From Octopus sinensis (lineage: Eukaryota), in the NCBI RefSeq assembly GCF_006345805.1, contig NC_042997.1:189782001-189846000 (forward strand): 64,000 nucleotides of DNA, written 5' to 3'. Below are positions 1-12,765 of this stretch, piece after piece. Numbering within the stretch: the first letter of the stretch is position 1; every line of letters starts with the position of its first letter. The translations under genes were made by a program, and so were the position numbers. Below the pieces are notes generated by a model. That model made no database searches. It was not told the DNA's origin and worked only from the letters and a program-made list of their open reading frames with translations.

Positions 1-411
1 GCCACACAAACGTCTCCCCCAAAACACCAACACAAACACAACCAGTACAATCACTATCACCAGAACTCCCGAACGCAAACAACCTAAACAAGAACGTACA
101 AACATCTAAAACTGCAGCACCACACTCACAGTATACAAAGACACCACAGAAATAAGAACAACAAGACCATTATCACTACAGTCAAGCAAACAAATTAAAC
201 AATACCAACACAAAACACCCAACTTCGTGCTCATCAGAAAGGACAACGAGGAACTGATAGCACTCGTAACACAAAACACGGAATTTGAAACGGGGGTGGG
301 TGTGATCTTCGAATTGGACACCTTTCGTATTCCAGAAGATTTACTTCTTGTGTACCAGAAGATTTACTTTCGTGTACCAGAAGATTTACTTTTTGAGCGT
401 CTGAGCGATAC
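1..411 (-). mobile_element. Probable 5' end/leader of a LINE-like element, running off the window edge
   Basis: The minus strand begins AGTGTATCGCTCAGACGCTC and is GT-rich like the leader at 49600-49765. It contains three 22-23 bp tandem repeats (core CCAGAAGATTTACTT, 324-391) and abuts the PLE endonuclease frame at 412. Confidence 0.35.
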
Positions 412-705
412 ACTCTAATTTATGTTATGAGATGCTAGAGCTGCCACCAAAACTACATAGGGTCCACGGGATTATCGCTCAGACGCAGATGCACTCTGCA
501 CCGACAGCAGATTGCATTCCCAGACATCAGAATAATACCCTTTAGTGAGCACATTGAGAAATGCGCAAAGCAACTGCTACCACAATTTGTGATCTTTTCA
601 TTTTATCAATGTGCCATTGGATCATTAACACAAGTTGGATTAAATAAGGAAATCTTCTTCATTGAAAAATATAGGCCAAAAGTTAACCATTTCAAGCAAT
701 TTTAA
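412..705 (+). pseudogene. Penelope-like element GIY-YIG endonuclease C-terminal fragment (one internal stop)
   Basis: Hand translation from 412: TLIYVMRC*SCHQNYIGSTGLSLRRRCTLHRQQIAFPDIRIIPFSEHIEKCAKQLLPQFVIFSFYQCAIGSLTQVGLNKEIFFIEKYRPKVNHFKQF*. It shows the LIY...YIG motif with CxxC, HRQQI, SEHI and a KE.FFI..Y.P..N end, as in PLE endonucleases. Confidence 0.85.
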
Positions 706-1131
706 ATAAGGACACTTATCTCATTGGGAAAAAATATAAAGCAAACTTAACCACTTCTAACATTCTATTCTTTCTAAACGAAATCATGTTAAATTAATAA
801 AACCTAGTCATTCCGAACATTTTTTATTATTTCCCTTATACCGAAAAAATCCCTGACTACCTGCCCTTTTCTGGAACTCTCATACTTCATTTCATAGCGA
901 AGAGATGACACAGTATCGGTTAAGAAATTTGAGAAATTTGAAAAGAAAATACGAAACCGGTTATTTCTCCCAAAACAATGTTACTTTACAGAAAATTTTA
1001 TAACATTTTCCTAGCATAACGATTTAAGTTTATCTTTCAACCATATAACACAGGTATACTGTAGTTTTTTCACTTTATTTTGTCTTTTATACATCCAACC
1101 ACCTGCTTTCACATACCAACTCTCCCACCTA

Positions 1132-1163
<32 letters not shown>

Positions 1164-1379
1164 AGGCACAGGAGTGGCTGTGTGGTAAGTAGCTTGCTTA
1201 CCAACCACATGGTTCCGGGTTCAGTCCCACTGCATGCCACCTTGGGCAAGTGTCATCTACTATAGCCTCGGGCCGACCAAAGCCTTGTGAGTGGTTTTGG
1301 TAGACGGAAACTGAAAGAATCCTGTTGTATATATGTATTTATATGTATATATATATATTTGTATATATATATATATATG

Positions 1380-1429
<50 letters not shown>

Positions 1430-1665
1430 GTGTGTGTGTGTGTGTGCGTGTGTGTTTATGTGTTTGTGTTTGTCCCCCCCCCAACATCGCTGTTGTCCCC
1501 CCAACCGATGCTGGTGTGTTTACGTTCCCGTAACTTAGCGGTTCGGCAAAAGAGACTGATAGAATAAGTACTAGGCTTACAAAGAATTAGTCCTGGGGGT
1601 CGATTTGGTCGACCAAAGGTGGTGCTCCAGCATGGCCGCAGTCAAATGACTGAAACAAGTAAAAG
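1164..1665 (+). mobile_element. tRNA-derived SINE family 1 (CORE-like; octopus OK/OR-type), full length with internal microsatellite
   Basis: Head GGCACAGGAGTGGCTGTGTGG with B-box-like GGTTCAGTCCC, CORE-like CCTTGGGCAAGTGTC, internal (TA)n/(TG)n and tail GTCAAATGACTGAAACAAGTAAAAG. More than 12 copies occur in the window. Confidence 0.9.
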
Positions 1666-1807
1666 TATATATATATATATAATATATATATGAATATATA
1701 CATGTATATATATATATATATGAATATATATATGTATATATATGAATATATATATGTATAATATATATGCATGTATATATGTATATACATACATTTTTAC
1801 ATATGTA

Positions 1808-1853
<46 letters not shown>

Positions 1854-2784
1854 GTGTGTATGTGATCCACAGTCAACATAAATATACATGCTTCCAATAT
1901 AAACATGGTAACCTAGTTTCCTTTAACAAAAAAACATAACAGCTGCACACAATAATGAACGTGTCTTTTACAACACCTTCTCTAAGTAACGAACGCAATA
2001 GTGATAAATGGTTTTCAAAGTTGTTGCGAAAGCTTGGCCACACAATCTCTGATTCAGAACACAAACGTACGTTATTCTAAAAACCTGAATTCTGAAGTCT
2101 ATGCTTAATTTGACGCCTGGATTAATATCTCCACCTGTTCTTAGATGCCGTCAGCGTATTTCGGTCTATTGTATGCATAGCTGTAGCCTCGTGAAAAACT
2201 TCCCCCTCTCTCTCTTGTTTCTCTATTTCTATCTTTTTTCTCTCTCTCTCTCATTCTATTCTCTCACTTTTTCTTCCATGTTTCTAAGAGACATATATAT
2301 ATACAGAAGTATAAAGAGTATATCAAACCAACGGATCTAAAACGTCTTGGACCATATCCTACTTTTCCGACGTATTAAAAAAATTCAGACAGATCTAATG
2401 GTATATAAAATCATTTAGAATTGAAGTATATTTTAGGAGTAGAATATTTTATTCAAGGCATGACTGATCTGATATTTATAATATAAAGCAAATGGTAAAT
2501 TAGAACAAGCTTCAGACCCTCAGACAAAGTACTTTACTGTCACTGGTCGACATCCTGCGTTGAAATTTTGCTGAGGCCAGCTTCATCTATTTAACTTTCT
2601 GTAACGGTAAACAAAATGGCATTGCAGGACAGTGAACTGATGGAATCGGTTGTGTATCGGAATGAATGCAGTGTGGTATTAGTTTCCGCTGTTTGCATTC
2701 AGTGTTCAAATCCAGCTGTAGTCTACTTTTATTATTTTGTCTTTTATACATCCAACCACCAGCTTTCACATATCAACTCTCTCA

Positions 2785-2828
<44 letters not shown>

Positions 2829-2833
2829 AGTAT

Positions 2834-2871
<38 letters not shown>

Positions 2872-3363
2872 CATATACCTATCTATATTAATCGATCACC
2901 TTATTAAATCCAACTCCCAATTTTAACGCCCCCGCCTGGCTCCGGTGTGCTTTTACGGTGTTCACATGGATGCTTGCATTTAAAGAACATCTCTGATTTG
3001 AAGATACCATCCACCCTGTCTGGCCTCATTTCACCAACCTTGGAGACCCAGCAAAGTTTCGGGCACAATGGTTTTCTCTCCTGAGAAAGCGAGAAAAAAA
3101 ATATTATCTAAAAAATTCTGTATTATCTCTATATTCCAACCGTGCAAGGTTTGATTCTAGAATACTCATTATTCATAATTTTTTTATGGTTTCAATTTTT
3201 CTGTATGTACATGTGATGTATCTACGTCTCACCACACATATATACACATACACTCAAATGCGCGCACACATACACACACACGCACTCACACAGAAACTCA
3301 TATATGTATGTAGATTCCGTTATACATATTTGAAGAAATATTAATAACGCACAAATGTGTGTA

Positions 3364-3415
<52 letters not shown>

Positions 3416-3569
3416 AGTGTGTGTGTGTGTGTATAAAACTTTGGTAGCTGCGAGTGTCTAATTGATAAATCAAAAGAAATGAAAACTTTATAGACGTTGA
3501 TAAATTATGAAATTTGTCGATAATAACATTTATGGAAAATGAAAATCAAAAGAAAAGATAGGAATATAT

Positions 3570-3574
3570 ACATA

Positions 3575-3658
<84 letters not shown>

Positions 3659-3685
3659 TATATATGTGTATATATATATATATAT

Positions 3686-3732
<47 letters not shown>

Positions 3733-4130
3733 GTATATATATATGTATATATTGTGTGTGTGTGTGTGCGTGTATGCATATGTGTATATTGATGCATATT
3801 CATACATATACATAAATGCTTTTGTACAAGTATACTTACACAATACATACACACTGCAGACATGCACATGTATGTATGTATGTATGTATGTATGTATGTA
3901 TGTATGTATGTATGTATGTATGTATGTATGTATGTATGTATGTATGTATGTATGTATGTATGTATGTATGTATGTATGTATGTATGTATGTATGTGTGTA
4001 TGTAATGTATGTATGTTATGTATGTATGTATGTATGTATGTATGTATGTATGTATGTATGTATGTATGTATGTTATGTATGTATGTATGTATGTATGTAT
4101 GTATGTATGTATGTATGTATGTTATGTATG
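3570..4130. repeat. (TA)n and (TATG)n microsatellites
   Basis: Read directly from the sequence; source of the YI/MYVC pseudo-ORFs. Confidence 0.95.
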
Positions 4131-4299
4131 TACGTGTGTATGTATTTGTGGAACAGACGAAAGAAATGAGGAAAGATAATAGATAAAGCAAATAAACCAC
4201 ACGACATCTTGGCAATATCTGCATTGATAACAACAACGTCAGTGACAATAACTACAATAGCTGTAACCATTTTTAACAATGAAAGCGCTGGAAAGAATA

Positions 4300-4313
4300 A
4301 TTACAACAGTAAC

Positions 4314-4381
<68 letters not shown>

Positions 4382-4577
4382 TAGTAGTAGTAATATTAGC
4401 AGCAACAGCAACAGCAAAATTGGTGGTTGTGGTAGTGGTAGTAGTAGTTGTAGTAATAGTAGTTGTAGTAGTAGTATTAGTAGTAGTAGTAGTAGTAGTA
4501 GTATAGTAGTAGTAGTAGTAGTAGTATTAGCAGCAACAGCAACAGCAAAATTGGTGGTTGTGGTAGTAGTAGTAGTT

Positions 4578-4628
<51 letters not shown>

Positions 4629-4630
4629 AC
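4300..4630. repeat. (CAG)n/(TAG)n compound repeat with an internal duplication
   Basis: The block TATTAGCAGCAACAGCAACAGCAAAATTGGTGGTTGTGG occurs twice between TAG runs. Confidence 0.9.
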
Positions 4631-5716
4631 AATAACATGAAACAGACGGAAAAGCAATGTCATCTAACAATCAATATGTATTTGAATGTTTGAAATGTAT
4701 AGTTTGTATGTGACATGTATTGTTTATGGAAGCGGAAAATCTTTGAGTGTTCATTTTTGCTAAGCATCGTAAATGATGACAATAATATTGGGAAGATATA
4801 AATGAAGAAGATTGTATAAAAATTAGGTAAATTATTAGAGGAGCGAAAGAAAAAAGAGAGGTAGATAAACAGATAGGGAGAAAAGAGGAGAGATAGATAG
4901 AGATGGAGATGAGGTGGTGAGAGAGCGAGAGAGCGAAAGAGCGAGAGAGAGAGAGAGAGAGATAAGAATGTTACTCTAAACACATCAAAAGAAAGCAATA
5001 GAAAAAAAAAAGTTAATACTGAAATATTTCTAAGATGAAATGAAAACAAAAGTAGAAAAAGAATTGCAAATACATGCCACAGGCTCAGAAATATTTCTAG
5101 TGTATGTCTTGGCATGTTGATGGTAGCAATGATACCACCTCCAACAATGGATTGACAAATAATTATCAAACGGATGAAAAGAAATTGAAAAAAAAGAAAC
5201 CCAGTAACAACAACGCATGCGCCAAGGAAAAAGAACAAGAAAACGTCTTCAGAGGCCAACAAATAGAACAATGCGTGAGAAGTTATATACAAATTAAACT
5301 TGAAATTGGCGCAAATGACTCATAGTATGCTTTTATAATATAGATACATATGCAGTTTTCTAAGAATATATCGCGAGATAAAAAAAAAAGTAAGTCATAA
5401 ACAGTGTAAAAAAAAAAAAAAGACTTTCAAAAATAGAAAACAATTTTCTTTACACACGGCAAGCTTAAATTTGTTAGTAAAATCTCTGGAGTTTTTCTTC
5501 GGTTGTTATTGTGTTTGCTTTCAAACATTGAAATGCGTGCGAAATCAAAAGAAACCCGGGGAAAGAGTTAATAACAAAAAACTACTGAAGAGATTCTGTA
5601 AAGTTTCCAGCAACTCTCGGTCGCTTACACCTAATTAATAACTACTTTTTGATATCTTCTCTAGCTACAGCCATTTCAGTTGTAGTAATGTATATGGACA
5701 GAAACACTCTTGCAAA

Positions 5717-6060
<344 letters not shown>

Positions 6061-8321
6061 TCGCTGTCTGTCTAGTTTACAATTTGTACAAGTGTCTATA
6101 TACGATATATTTTCAATCCGTAATTTTTTTCCTTTTCTTACCACATAAAGCAATATTGAACATAATTTAACTGCATAAGCAGATTCTTGCATGTATGTAT
6201 GCATCTATGTATATATGTACATATGTATATAAATAAAGCAATTTATAACAATATCTCCATGAAGCCATTTATGAAATATTACTTACACAGAAAGCACGAC
6301 ATGCTTTTACATTCCATGAAATATTTTCTAGAGAAATGAAATTATACCAACTCGCAACATCACAAATATTTCCTTTGCTGACCAAGTAAAGTTACAGACA
6401 TAGTTTCACCCAATCGCATGTCAATGTTCTGTACATATTCAGCCACCATTGTCATGGCAAATATTCTTAAACGCTTTCATACCTAATCCAGTTAGACAGT
6501 TGTATATCAGGGGTGTCGCATTATTAAACTATAACTTGCATTTTATTGACGACTTCTGGGGATTCTGTCACCTTTATTTTGTTTTCTGGGTTCCTAACAC
6601 TTAGATGCATAACAATGTGTTACATGTTTCGACAATGTTATAATATCCTTTGTTTTAAAGAAAAGATCGATATCTTGGATATTTTGTCTTGTTCTTTACT
6701 CCCAGCAATTAATAATCGTCTGCTTAGAAGAATCTCTATGTATCTTATTACCTAAATATTTCATCAGCTCTTTGCAGTAATCTAGTAAGAAGTTTTAAAG
6801 ATATATCTCCATTTTCGCTTTGCAAGTAATTGTTCTGGTAGTATCAGCGTGGTATCAGCACTAACATCTTCGTGTATTTTATATTTACGACAGATCAAAT
6901 AGAAAGAAGAAACGAGCCCGTAACAATTATGAACTTTTATAATTATTACTTCATAGATATGAGTTTGCTATTTATGACTTTAGACGTGAATAAGTATGCA
7001 CATTTATGAGGTCTAGAAAATTTGCGACCGAAATATTCCATGTTACTTTCAATAATTTCATATAGCCTTCCATATTAAAGCTCACACAATAACTACTAAC
7101 TACATGTCTGAGTTTTCTAAACAAAGCAGACGATAATTATTTTACAGTGTAACGGTTCAATAAAATATCGAATCATGGAAAATCGATCTTAGACTTTAAT
7201 TACAACGCGTTTGTTGATATTCTGTAAACGATGCAGTTGACGTCAATGTGGTGATATCCGGACTTCTTTCAGATTTACGCGTTCATTGTTTAAAGGGGTG
7301 ATGCAACAGCTCAGAGTATAATTGAAATCTAATAACACCCCCTCGTTTTCTCTCTCTTTACTTCCATCTCTCCATCTCTCAACTCTTTCTCTCTTTCTTT
7401 TCTACGCCCATTCACAGATTAAAATTCCTTACATTTACTAATAGGGAGAGTAACTTTTAACACTGGAATATGGTTATGCATTTTGCAGGAATCCCAAATC
7501 GAGTCAGTCCACGCCAGTATTTCACTTTTACACAATTTAATTGATTGAAGAATGAAATAGCAAATTTGATTATGTCATGATTTGAACTTAAAACGTAAAA
7601 ACAAGGATATACCTATTATTAGCTAGATGGGTGGTGAACATGTTGGTGCTTATACGAGTGTGCCTCCAAGATTAAAGAGTCATAGGGGAGAACGATGGAG
7701 AATTGAATCAATTCTCAGTGTACTACTGATATTCATAGTGTCGCTGTCGGAGAGCTAAGAGACCAAGTCAAATCTCATGAGATATGATATCAAACTCAAA
7801 GAATGCCCAAACAAATAGTGTAAAGAATAGAATTTTAGTTGACGTTGTACTGATCACCACCTTATCATATATACATCATAAGTAGGCGATAGATTTTTAG
7901 GAAAGGAAGTAGTTGACAAGCGAGATATGAACCCAGAGCATATAAGGATTATAGTGATGTAGCTAAAAAAAATAAAGAAAAATTTCAAATTCAGACATTT
8001 TATTGCTTCACCAAATTTACTGGTCTCAATCATGGACATAGGCATTAAGTGGTTAAAAAGTTCGCTTCGCAGCCATGTGACACAGTGCTTCGACCCCACG
8101 GTGCGACACGTTGGGCAAATGCATTAACCACAATTACAGGTAAGTTCAAACCACGTATTTCATGTTGTGTCTTCATTGTACAGACCAATGTCATAGTGCA
8201 GCTGATTATGGCGTAGGGGTCCCTAAATATTTTGTTTGGATGTTGGAACTGAAGAAGGGACGCTTTTTCGACGCTTGCATAGCTGCATATGCTGATGCCA
8301 TTGCAAAAGTAGCTATTCTGT

Positions 8322-8566
8322 GGAGGCGCATGGCTTAGTGGTTAAAGTGTTGAACTCATGATCGTAAGGTTGTGGTTTCGATTCCTGGATCGAGCGATGC
8401 GTTGTGTTCTTGAGCAAAACACTTCATTTCACCTTGCTCCAGTCCGCTCAGCTGGCAAAAATGAGTGATCCTGCGACGGACTGGTGTCCCGTCCAGGTGG
8501 GGAATTTCTACGCCACTGAAACCGGGAAACCGGCCCTTATGAGCCTGGCATGGCTCGAGAAGGAAC
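8322..8566 (+). mobile_element. tRNA-derived SINE family 3
   Basis: Head GGCGCATGGCTTAGTGGTTA...GGTTTCGATTCC and central GTTGTGTTCTTGAGCAAAACAC...GCTGGCAAAAATGAGT. Related copies at 10451, 41115 and 57948. Confidence 0.85.
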
Positions 8567-8935
8567 CTTCATTATATTTAAAAGTAGCTATTCTCGACCT
8601 GCTGTTACTATTACTGTGCTTTTGTTTTTGTTGCTTTTAATTTCTCCAGCAGTTTAGGTAGAAATCCTTTAAATGGACTTCACTGCCATGGCAAATGGCA
8701 AAACCTTTCCCAAATTACTTACCTCCGAAAACAACTCGTTTTATGGTCTTGTAAGGTCACGAAGACCTGCATATCCGTGAAAGCCTAACTATACCATACA
8801 TCGTCTAAAGACAGAAGAGCGCTGATCATTTGCTCATACTGCGTTAAGAAATTAACTAAGAATGAGGGATCAAAGTCATCATCAATGTTTTTTACTGTGA
8901 AACTCGTATTTCGTTGTCCCAAATATTCTGTTTTA

Positions 8936-9080
8936 AAGGCAGCGAGCTGGCTGTATAGTTTCCACGCCAGGAGAAATGCTTAGCGGCATTTCATCCGTCA
9001 TTACGTTCTGGGTTCAAATGCCGCCAAGGTCGACTTTGCGTTTCACCCTTTCGGGGTCGACAAAAGAAGTACTAGTTAGC
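8936..9080 (+). mobile_element. tRNA-derived SINE family 2, partial
   Basis: AAGGCAGCGAGCTGGC...GGTTCAAATGCCGCCAAGGTCGACTTTGC matches the other family-2 copies. Confidence 0.85.
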
Positions 9081-9896
9081 AATATATATATACTGAAAGC
9101 AATATATTGGCAGGCGTGTGATGCACAAGCTCGGCTTATTATTTCGCCTTCCTCACTCCTAAGGAAATATCTGTAGCGTCATGTGCTATCTATTATAAGA
9201 GATCTCACTTGACGTATTGTCATGGGTTACTTCTAAATATTTCTTTGGAGGGCTCAAAGTAAGGCCCTCTGGTTTTGACAATGGACTGCAAAGACTTCTT
9301 CAACAGTCTTATTGCTTTCACTTTCGACACCAAATATGGGGCACAATCCTGGAATAAACCATTGGGCTTCAGGCATTATTAAAAACTCGCAAGTCCATAC
9401 CCATCAGGTTACATATAAATTTTGGTGCACTTAAAACCTGTCCATAATGCACAAAGCAATTCTTAATGAGCACTCCGTAAATATCATTACCAATTCCCCC
9501 ATTTTTGTCACCCTTGCATAGTGATGGCCTATACATTATAGTACGAATCTAATATTAATACTGTCATCATTTTCTGTCGCAGAATTATTTTTCCTCTACG
9601 TTTGTCCGTTTTATTTTGCTAGCATTGCTCTTTGTGCGTTTTCTCCTTTTCTACACGCGTGTTTCTATATTATTTACAAGTTTTTGATCGGATGACGCGA
9701 ATGTTTCTTCTATGCTGATGCTACTACCATCGTAACAACTAGTTCTGATCGCTACTTTAATTTAAGAACACATGTTATAGAAAAAAGGCCTCTAAAATGC
9801 CATTTTATATAAACAGGAGATACATTTTTAAAATAATTTGTTTTTGGATTTAGTTTGGATGATTCTTTATGTGAGTTCGTATGTTGAAGCATATTA

Positions 9897-10056
9897 TGTT
9901 GTGTCTGGGGAGAGTCATTTTCTTTTTGTGCCTTATAATTTAACACACTTTCCGGTAAAATTTCCACTTAAAAAATAAGAAATAAGTGGAAATTTTACCG
10001 GTGAGTGTGTTAAATTATAAGGCACAAAAAGAAAATGACTCTCCCTAGATACAACA
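9897..10056. repeat. Near-perfect inverted repeat (about 74-bp arms, 12-bp spacer)
   Basis: 9897-9970 is the reverse complement of 9983-10056 with a few mismatches. Confidence 0.85.
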
Positions 10057-10450
10057 AAATTAAAAAAAGATAATTCATATGTGTCTTTGTGGTATTTCTT
10101 GTCCATCGGTGTTGAGTTCTAAGCAGATTTTTCCTGTCTGAAGAAAGACATGACCGAGGTATAGATTCTATACCTCGGCCAAGGCTTTCTTCAGTTGCTC
10201 TTTTAAGGGTAGACTGAAAACCGCGGGGCGAAAGATATATCAATTTTATCTCAGTTCATTTTTAGAAAACGTCCATAAGCAAGGAGTAACTCACTTTTGA
10301 TACATTCCACTACCATTTCATTTATCAAGCTTGATCTTGTATCAATTCAGAAATTTTTTCAGGTGGGGGACGGCAAAGAAAGAAAAACGTCCACAAACCA
10401 TCTCTCGAAGATACTCACGCATATTGCACAGAATATGTATGTGTGTATAT

Positions 10451-10776
10451 GTAGGAGCACTCCGTCGGTTACGACGACGAGGGTCCTAGCTGATACGATC
10501 AACGGAACAGCTTGCTCGTGAAATTAACGTGCAAGTGACTGAGCAATCCACAGACACGTGTACCCCAAACATAGTTCTCAGGGAGATTCATCGTGACACA
10601 GAGTGTAACAAGGCTGGACCTTTGAAATACAGGTACAACTCATTTTTGCCAGCTGAGTGGAGTGGAGCAACATGAAATAAAGTGTCTTGCTCAAGGACAC
10701 AACGCGTCGCCGGGAATTGAACTCACGACCTTACAATCGTGAGCCGAATGCCCTAACCACTAAGCCACGCGCCTTC
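10451..10776 (-). mobile_element. SINE family 3, full length
   Basis: Reverse-complement head GAAGGCGCGTGGCTTAGTGGTTAGGGCATTCGGCTCACGATTGTAAGGTCGTGAGTTCAATTCCC. Confidence 0.9.
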
Positions 10777-11338
10777 ACTGTGTATATGTACGTGAGCGCA
10801 CGCATGTGTATCATTTCTTTCTTTTCCTTTGTAATCTTTATATGATTATTGTTAGAATTTTCTGTCCCAAATTATTATATTTTCTCCGTATTAGTCTCTT
10901 TGTTTGGTGTTAGCAATTTTTGTGGTTTTCTTTCTCTACATTTGTTATTATAATTATTTGATCTGGGTAAGTCGAATTTGTTTACACAGTTGCTACAAAG
11001 CGTTGTGACGAGCAACTCTTTTCGCTACTCTAATGCAAGAATCCATGTTGAAATATGAATGAGCGAAACAAGCCAAACATGATGTATTAAAAATGTCTTT
11101 TTTTCCCCAAAACAAGAACAAAATTTTGAAATAATATTTTAACCCTTTTTGCAAAAATTCAGGAAATACGACATAAAAAAATATCCAGCTCATGGAGCAA
11201 TGCGATATTTTTCTTAAACTCACGCACTTTCCAAAATCACGCCATTTCAGCTCAGAGCACCACAAGAGCAACAAAAACGGCGCAGCAACGACAGCAATAT
11301 ACAACAACGAAAACAACACCATCCAAAACAACAACAGC

Positions 11339-11369
<31 letters not shown>

Positions 11370-11535
11370 GTCCATATTCTAAAATACTTTAATTTTTCAT
11401 TAGTGGAAGCTACGTACGACACGAAACTTACAACAGAACGTTGAAGAACTGCACAAAATTTAAACTAAAAAAAAAACAAAAAAACAATGCTTCAGAAATT
11501 CAATACTAACATTTATAAATAATAAATTTAATAAT

Positions 11536-11706
11536 AGGCGTAGGAGTGGCTGTGTGGTAAGTAGCTTGCTTACGAACCATATGGTTTCGGGTTCAGTCCC
11601 ACTGCATGGCACCTTGGGCAAGTGTCTTCTACTGTAGCCTCGAGTCGACCAAAGCCTTGTGAGTGGATTTGGTAGACGGAAACTGAAAGAAGCCCGTCGT
11701 ATATAT

Positions 11707-11737
<31 letters not shown>

Positions 11738-11819
11738 CGTGTATGTTTTGCGTCTGTGTTTGTCCCACCCCCAACATCGCTTGACAACCGATGCTGGTGT
11801 GTTTACGTCCCCGTAACTT
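11536..11819 (+). mobile_element. SINE family 1, 3'-truncated
   Basis: Matches the 1164 copy from the head to CCCGTAACTT. Confidence 0.9.
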
Positions 11820-12100
11820 GATATCGGGCGCGCAAATACCTTAAGCTAAACCTGAAAGCAATGAAGTCATAAAATAATCATCCATAACTTACCATAAGCA
11901 ACATTTATTAATGGTATTACTGTTATTACTGTTATTTCTTTATTTTCTGCAAACAAAATGCACAAAAACGCTACACGTTTGCATTATATTATATATACAC
12001 TAATAATAAAGGACGTTACCGTATACACTTTTACAAACCAAGGACGTTATATAGACCTCTTTAAATCATACTCAAGGGCGGATTATACTCGAGGATTTAC

Positions 12101-12185
<85 letters not shown>

Positions 12186-12187
<2 letters not shown>

Positions 12188-12437
12188 CAATTGCAGCGTG
12201 GAAGGTGTTTGTAAGCCATTTAAGAAACACACAAAAGCCGTTCGATTCACTTCAACATTTAAGTTTAATTTGTCAAAATATTTTCGTCGCTAAAATCCGC
12301 GATTTTTGTCCGTGAACAGGTCGCGGATTTTAGCGACGAAAATATTTTGACAAATTAAACTTAAATGTTGAAGTGAATCGAACGGCTTTTGTGTGTTTCT
12401 TAAATGGCTTACAAACACCTTCCACGCTGCAATTGTT
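12186..12437. repeat. Perfect 117-bp inverted repeat with 18-nt loop (PLE pLTR inversion)
   Basis: 12186-12302 is the reverse complement of 12321-12437; I found no mismatch by eye. The left arm starts directly after a (TA)n run. Confidence 0.95.
12305..12354 (+). ncRNA. Minimal type I hammerhead-like motif with G3:C8 swapped core (GUGAACA)
   Basis: tttgtc-c-GTGAACA-g-gtcgc-ggatttta-gcgac-GAAA-atat-TT-t-gacaaa. Stems I and II pair, and stem III is the palindrome AATATT. There is a C/U mismatch next to the cleavage site, and the UUU triplet is weak. Confidence 0.55.
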
Positions 12438-12439
12438 TT

Positions 12440-12712
12440 CGTTTCAGCACACGATCTCAGATCAAATCACTTGCTATGCGAGTACATCTCCGTAATATAT
12501 ATAACGGGAAGCTTTATGAAAATAAACAAAAGACGAAGGCAGGTGGAGTACAAACAAGAATTGTATTAGTATGGCGCTCTGGAATATAAATAAAACAAGT
12601 CTTTTACGTTTCGAGCCTACGCTCTTCAACAGAAAGATACGCAGAAAAGAAACACGGAGAGAAACAAGGAGAGAAAAAAATGCGTGCAGAAGCTAGCGAA
12701 TCAACATGGCGA

Positions 12713-12715
<3 letters not shown>
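12440..12715 (-). mobile_element. PLE pseudo-LTR segment
   Basis: Homologous to 21905-22105 (+), carries a hammerhead-like motif and abuts (TA)n. Confidence 0.7.
12600..12637 (-). ncRNA. Minimal hammerhead-like motif with A6U core (CUGUUGA)
   Basis: tcttt-CTGTTGA-a-gagc-gtag-gctc-GAAA-c-GTA-aaaga. Confidence 0.65.

Positions 12716-12765
<50 letters not shown>

Noticed and set aside
324-391. Three 22-23 bp direct repeats, superficially CRISPR-like
   Set aside because: There are no unique spacers, the context is eukaryotic, and it is a simple tandem repeat in a retroelement leader.
3505-4663. Long ORFs (247 aa, 153 aa and others) and poly-S/poly-T/poly-V frames
   Set aside because: They are translations of (TA)n, (TATG)n and (TAG)n microsatellites. 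The same applies to 14860-15412, 28269-29175, 36843-37348, 57164-57434 and 62225-62840.
8322-8400. tRNA genes at SINE heads
   Set aside because: A/B-box-like motifs are present, but there is no complete cloverleaf and each continues into SINE body sequence.
9180-9520. Minus-strand peptide WGIGNDIYGVLIKNCFVHYG, faintly ZP-domain-like
   Set aside because: Short, flanked by stops and not convincingly assignable.
12075-12103. Single Tc2/pogo-like terminus (reverse complement TACCGTAAATCCTCGAGTATA)
   Set aside because: No matching second TIR was found nearby.
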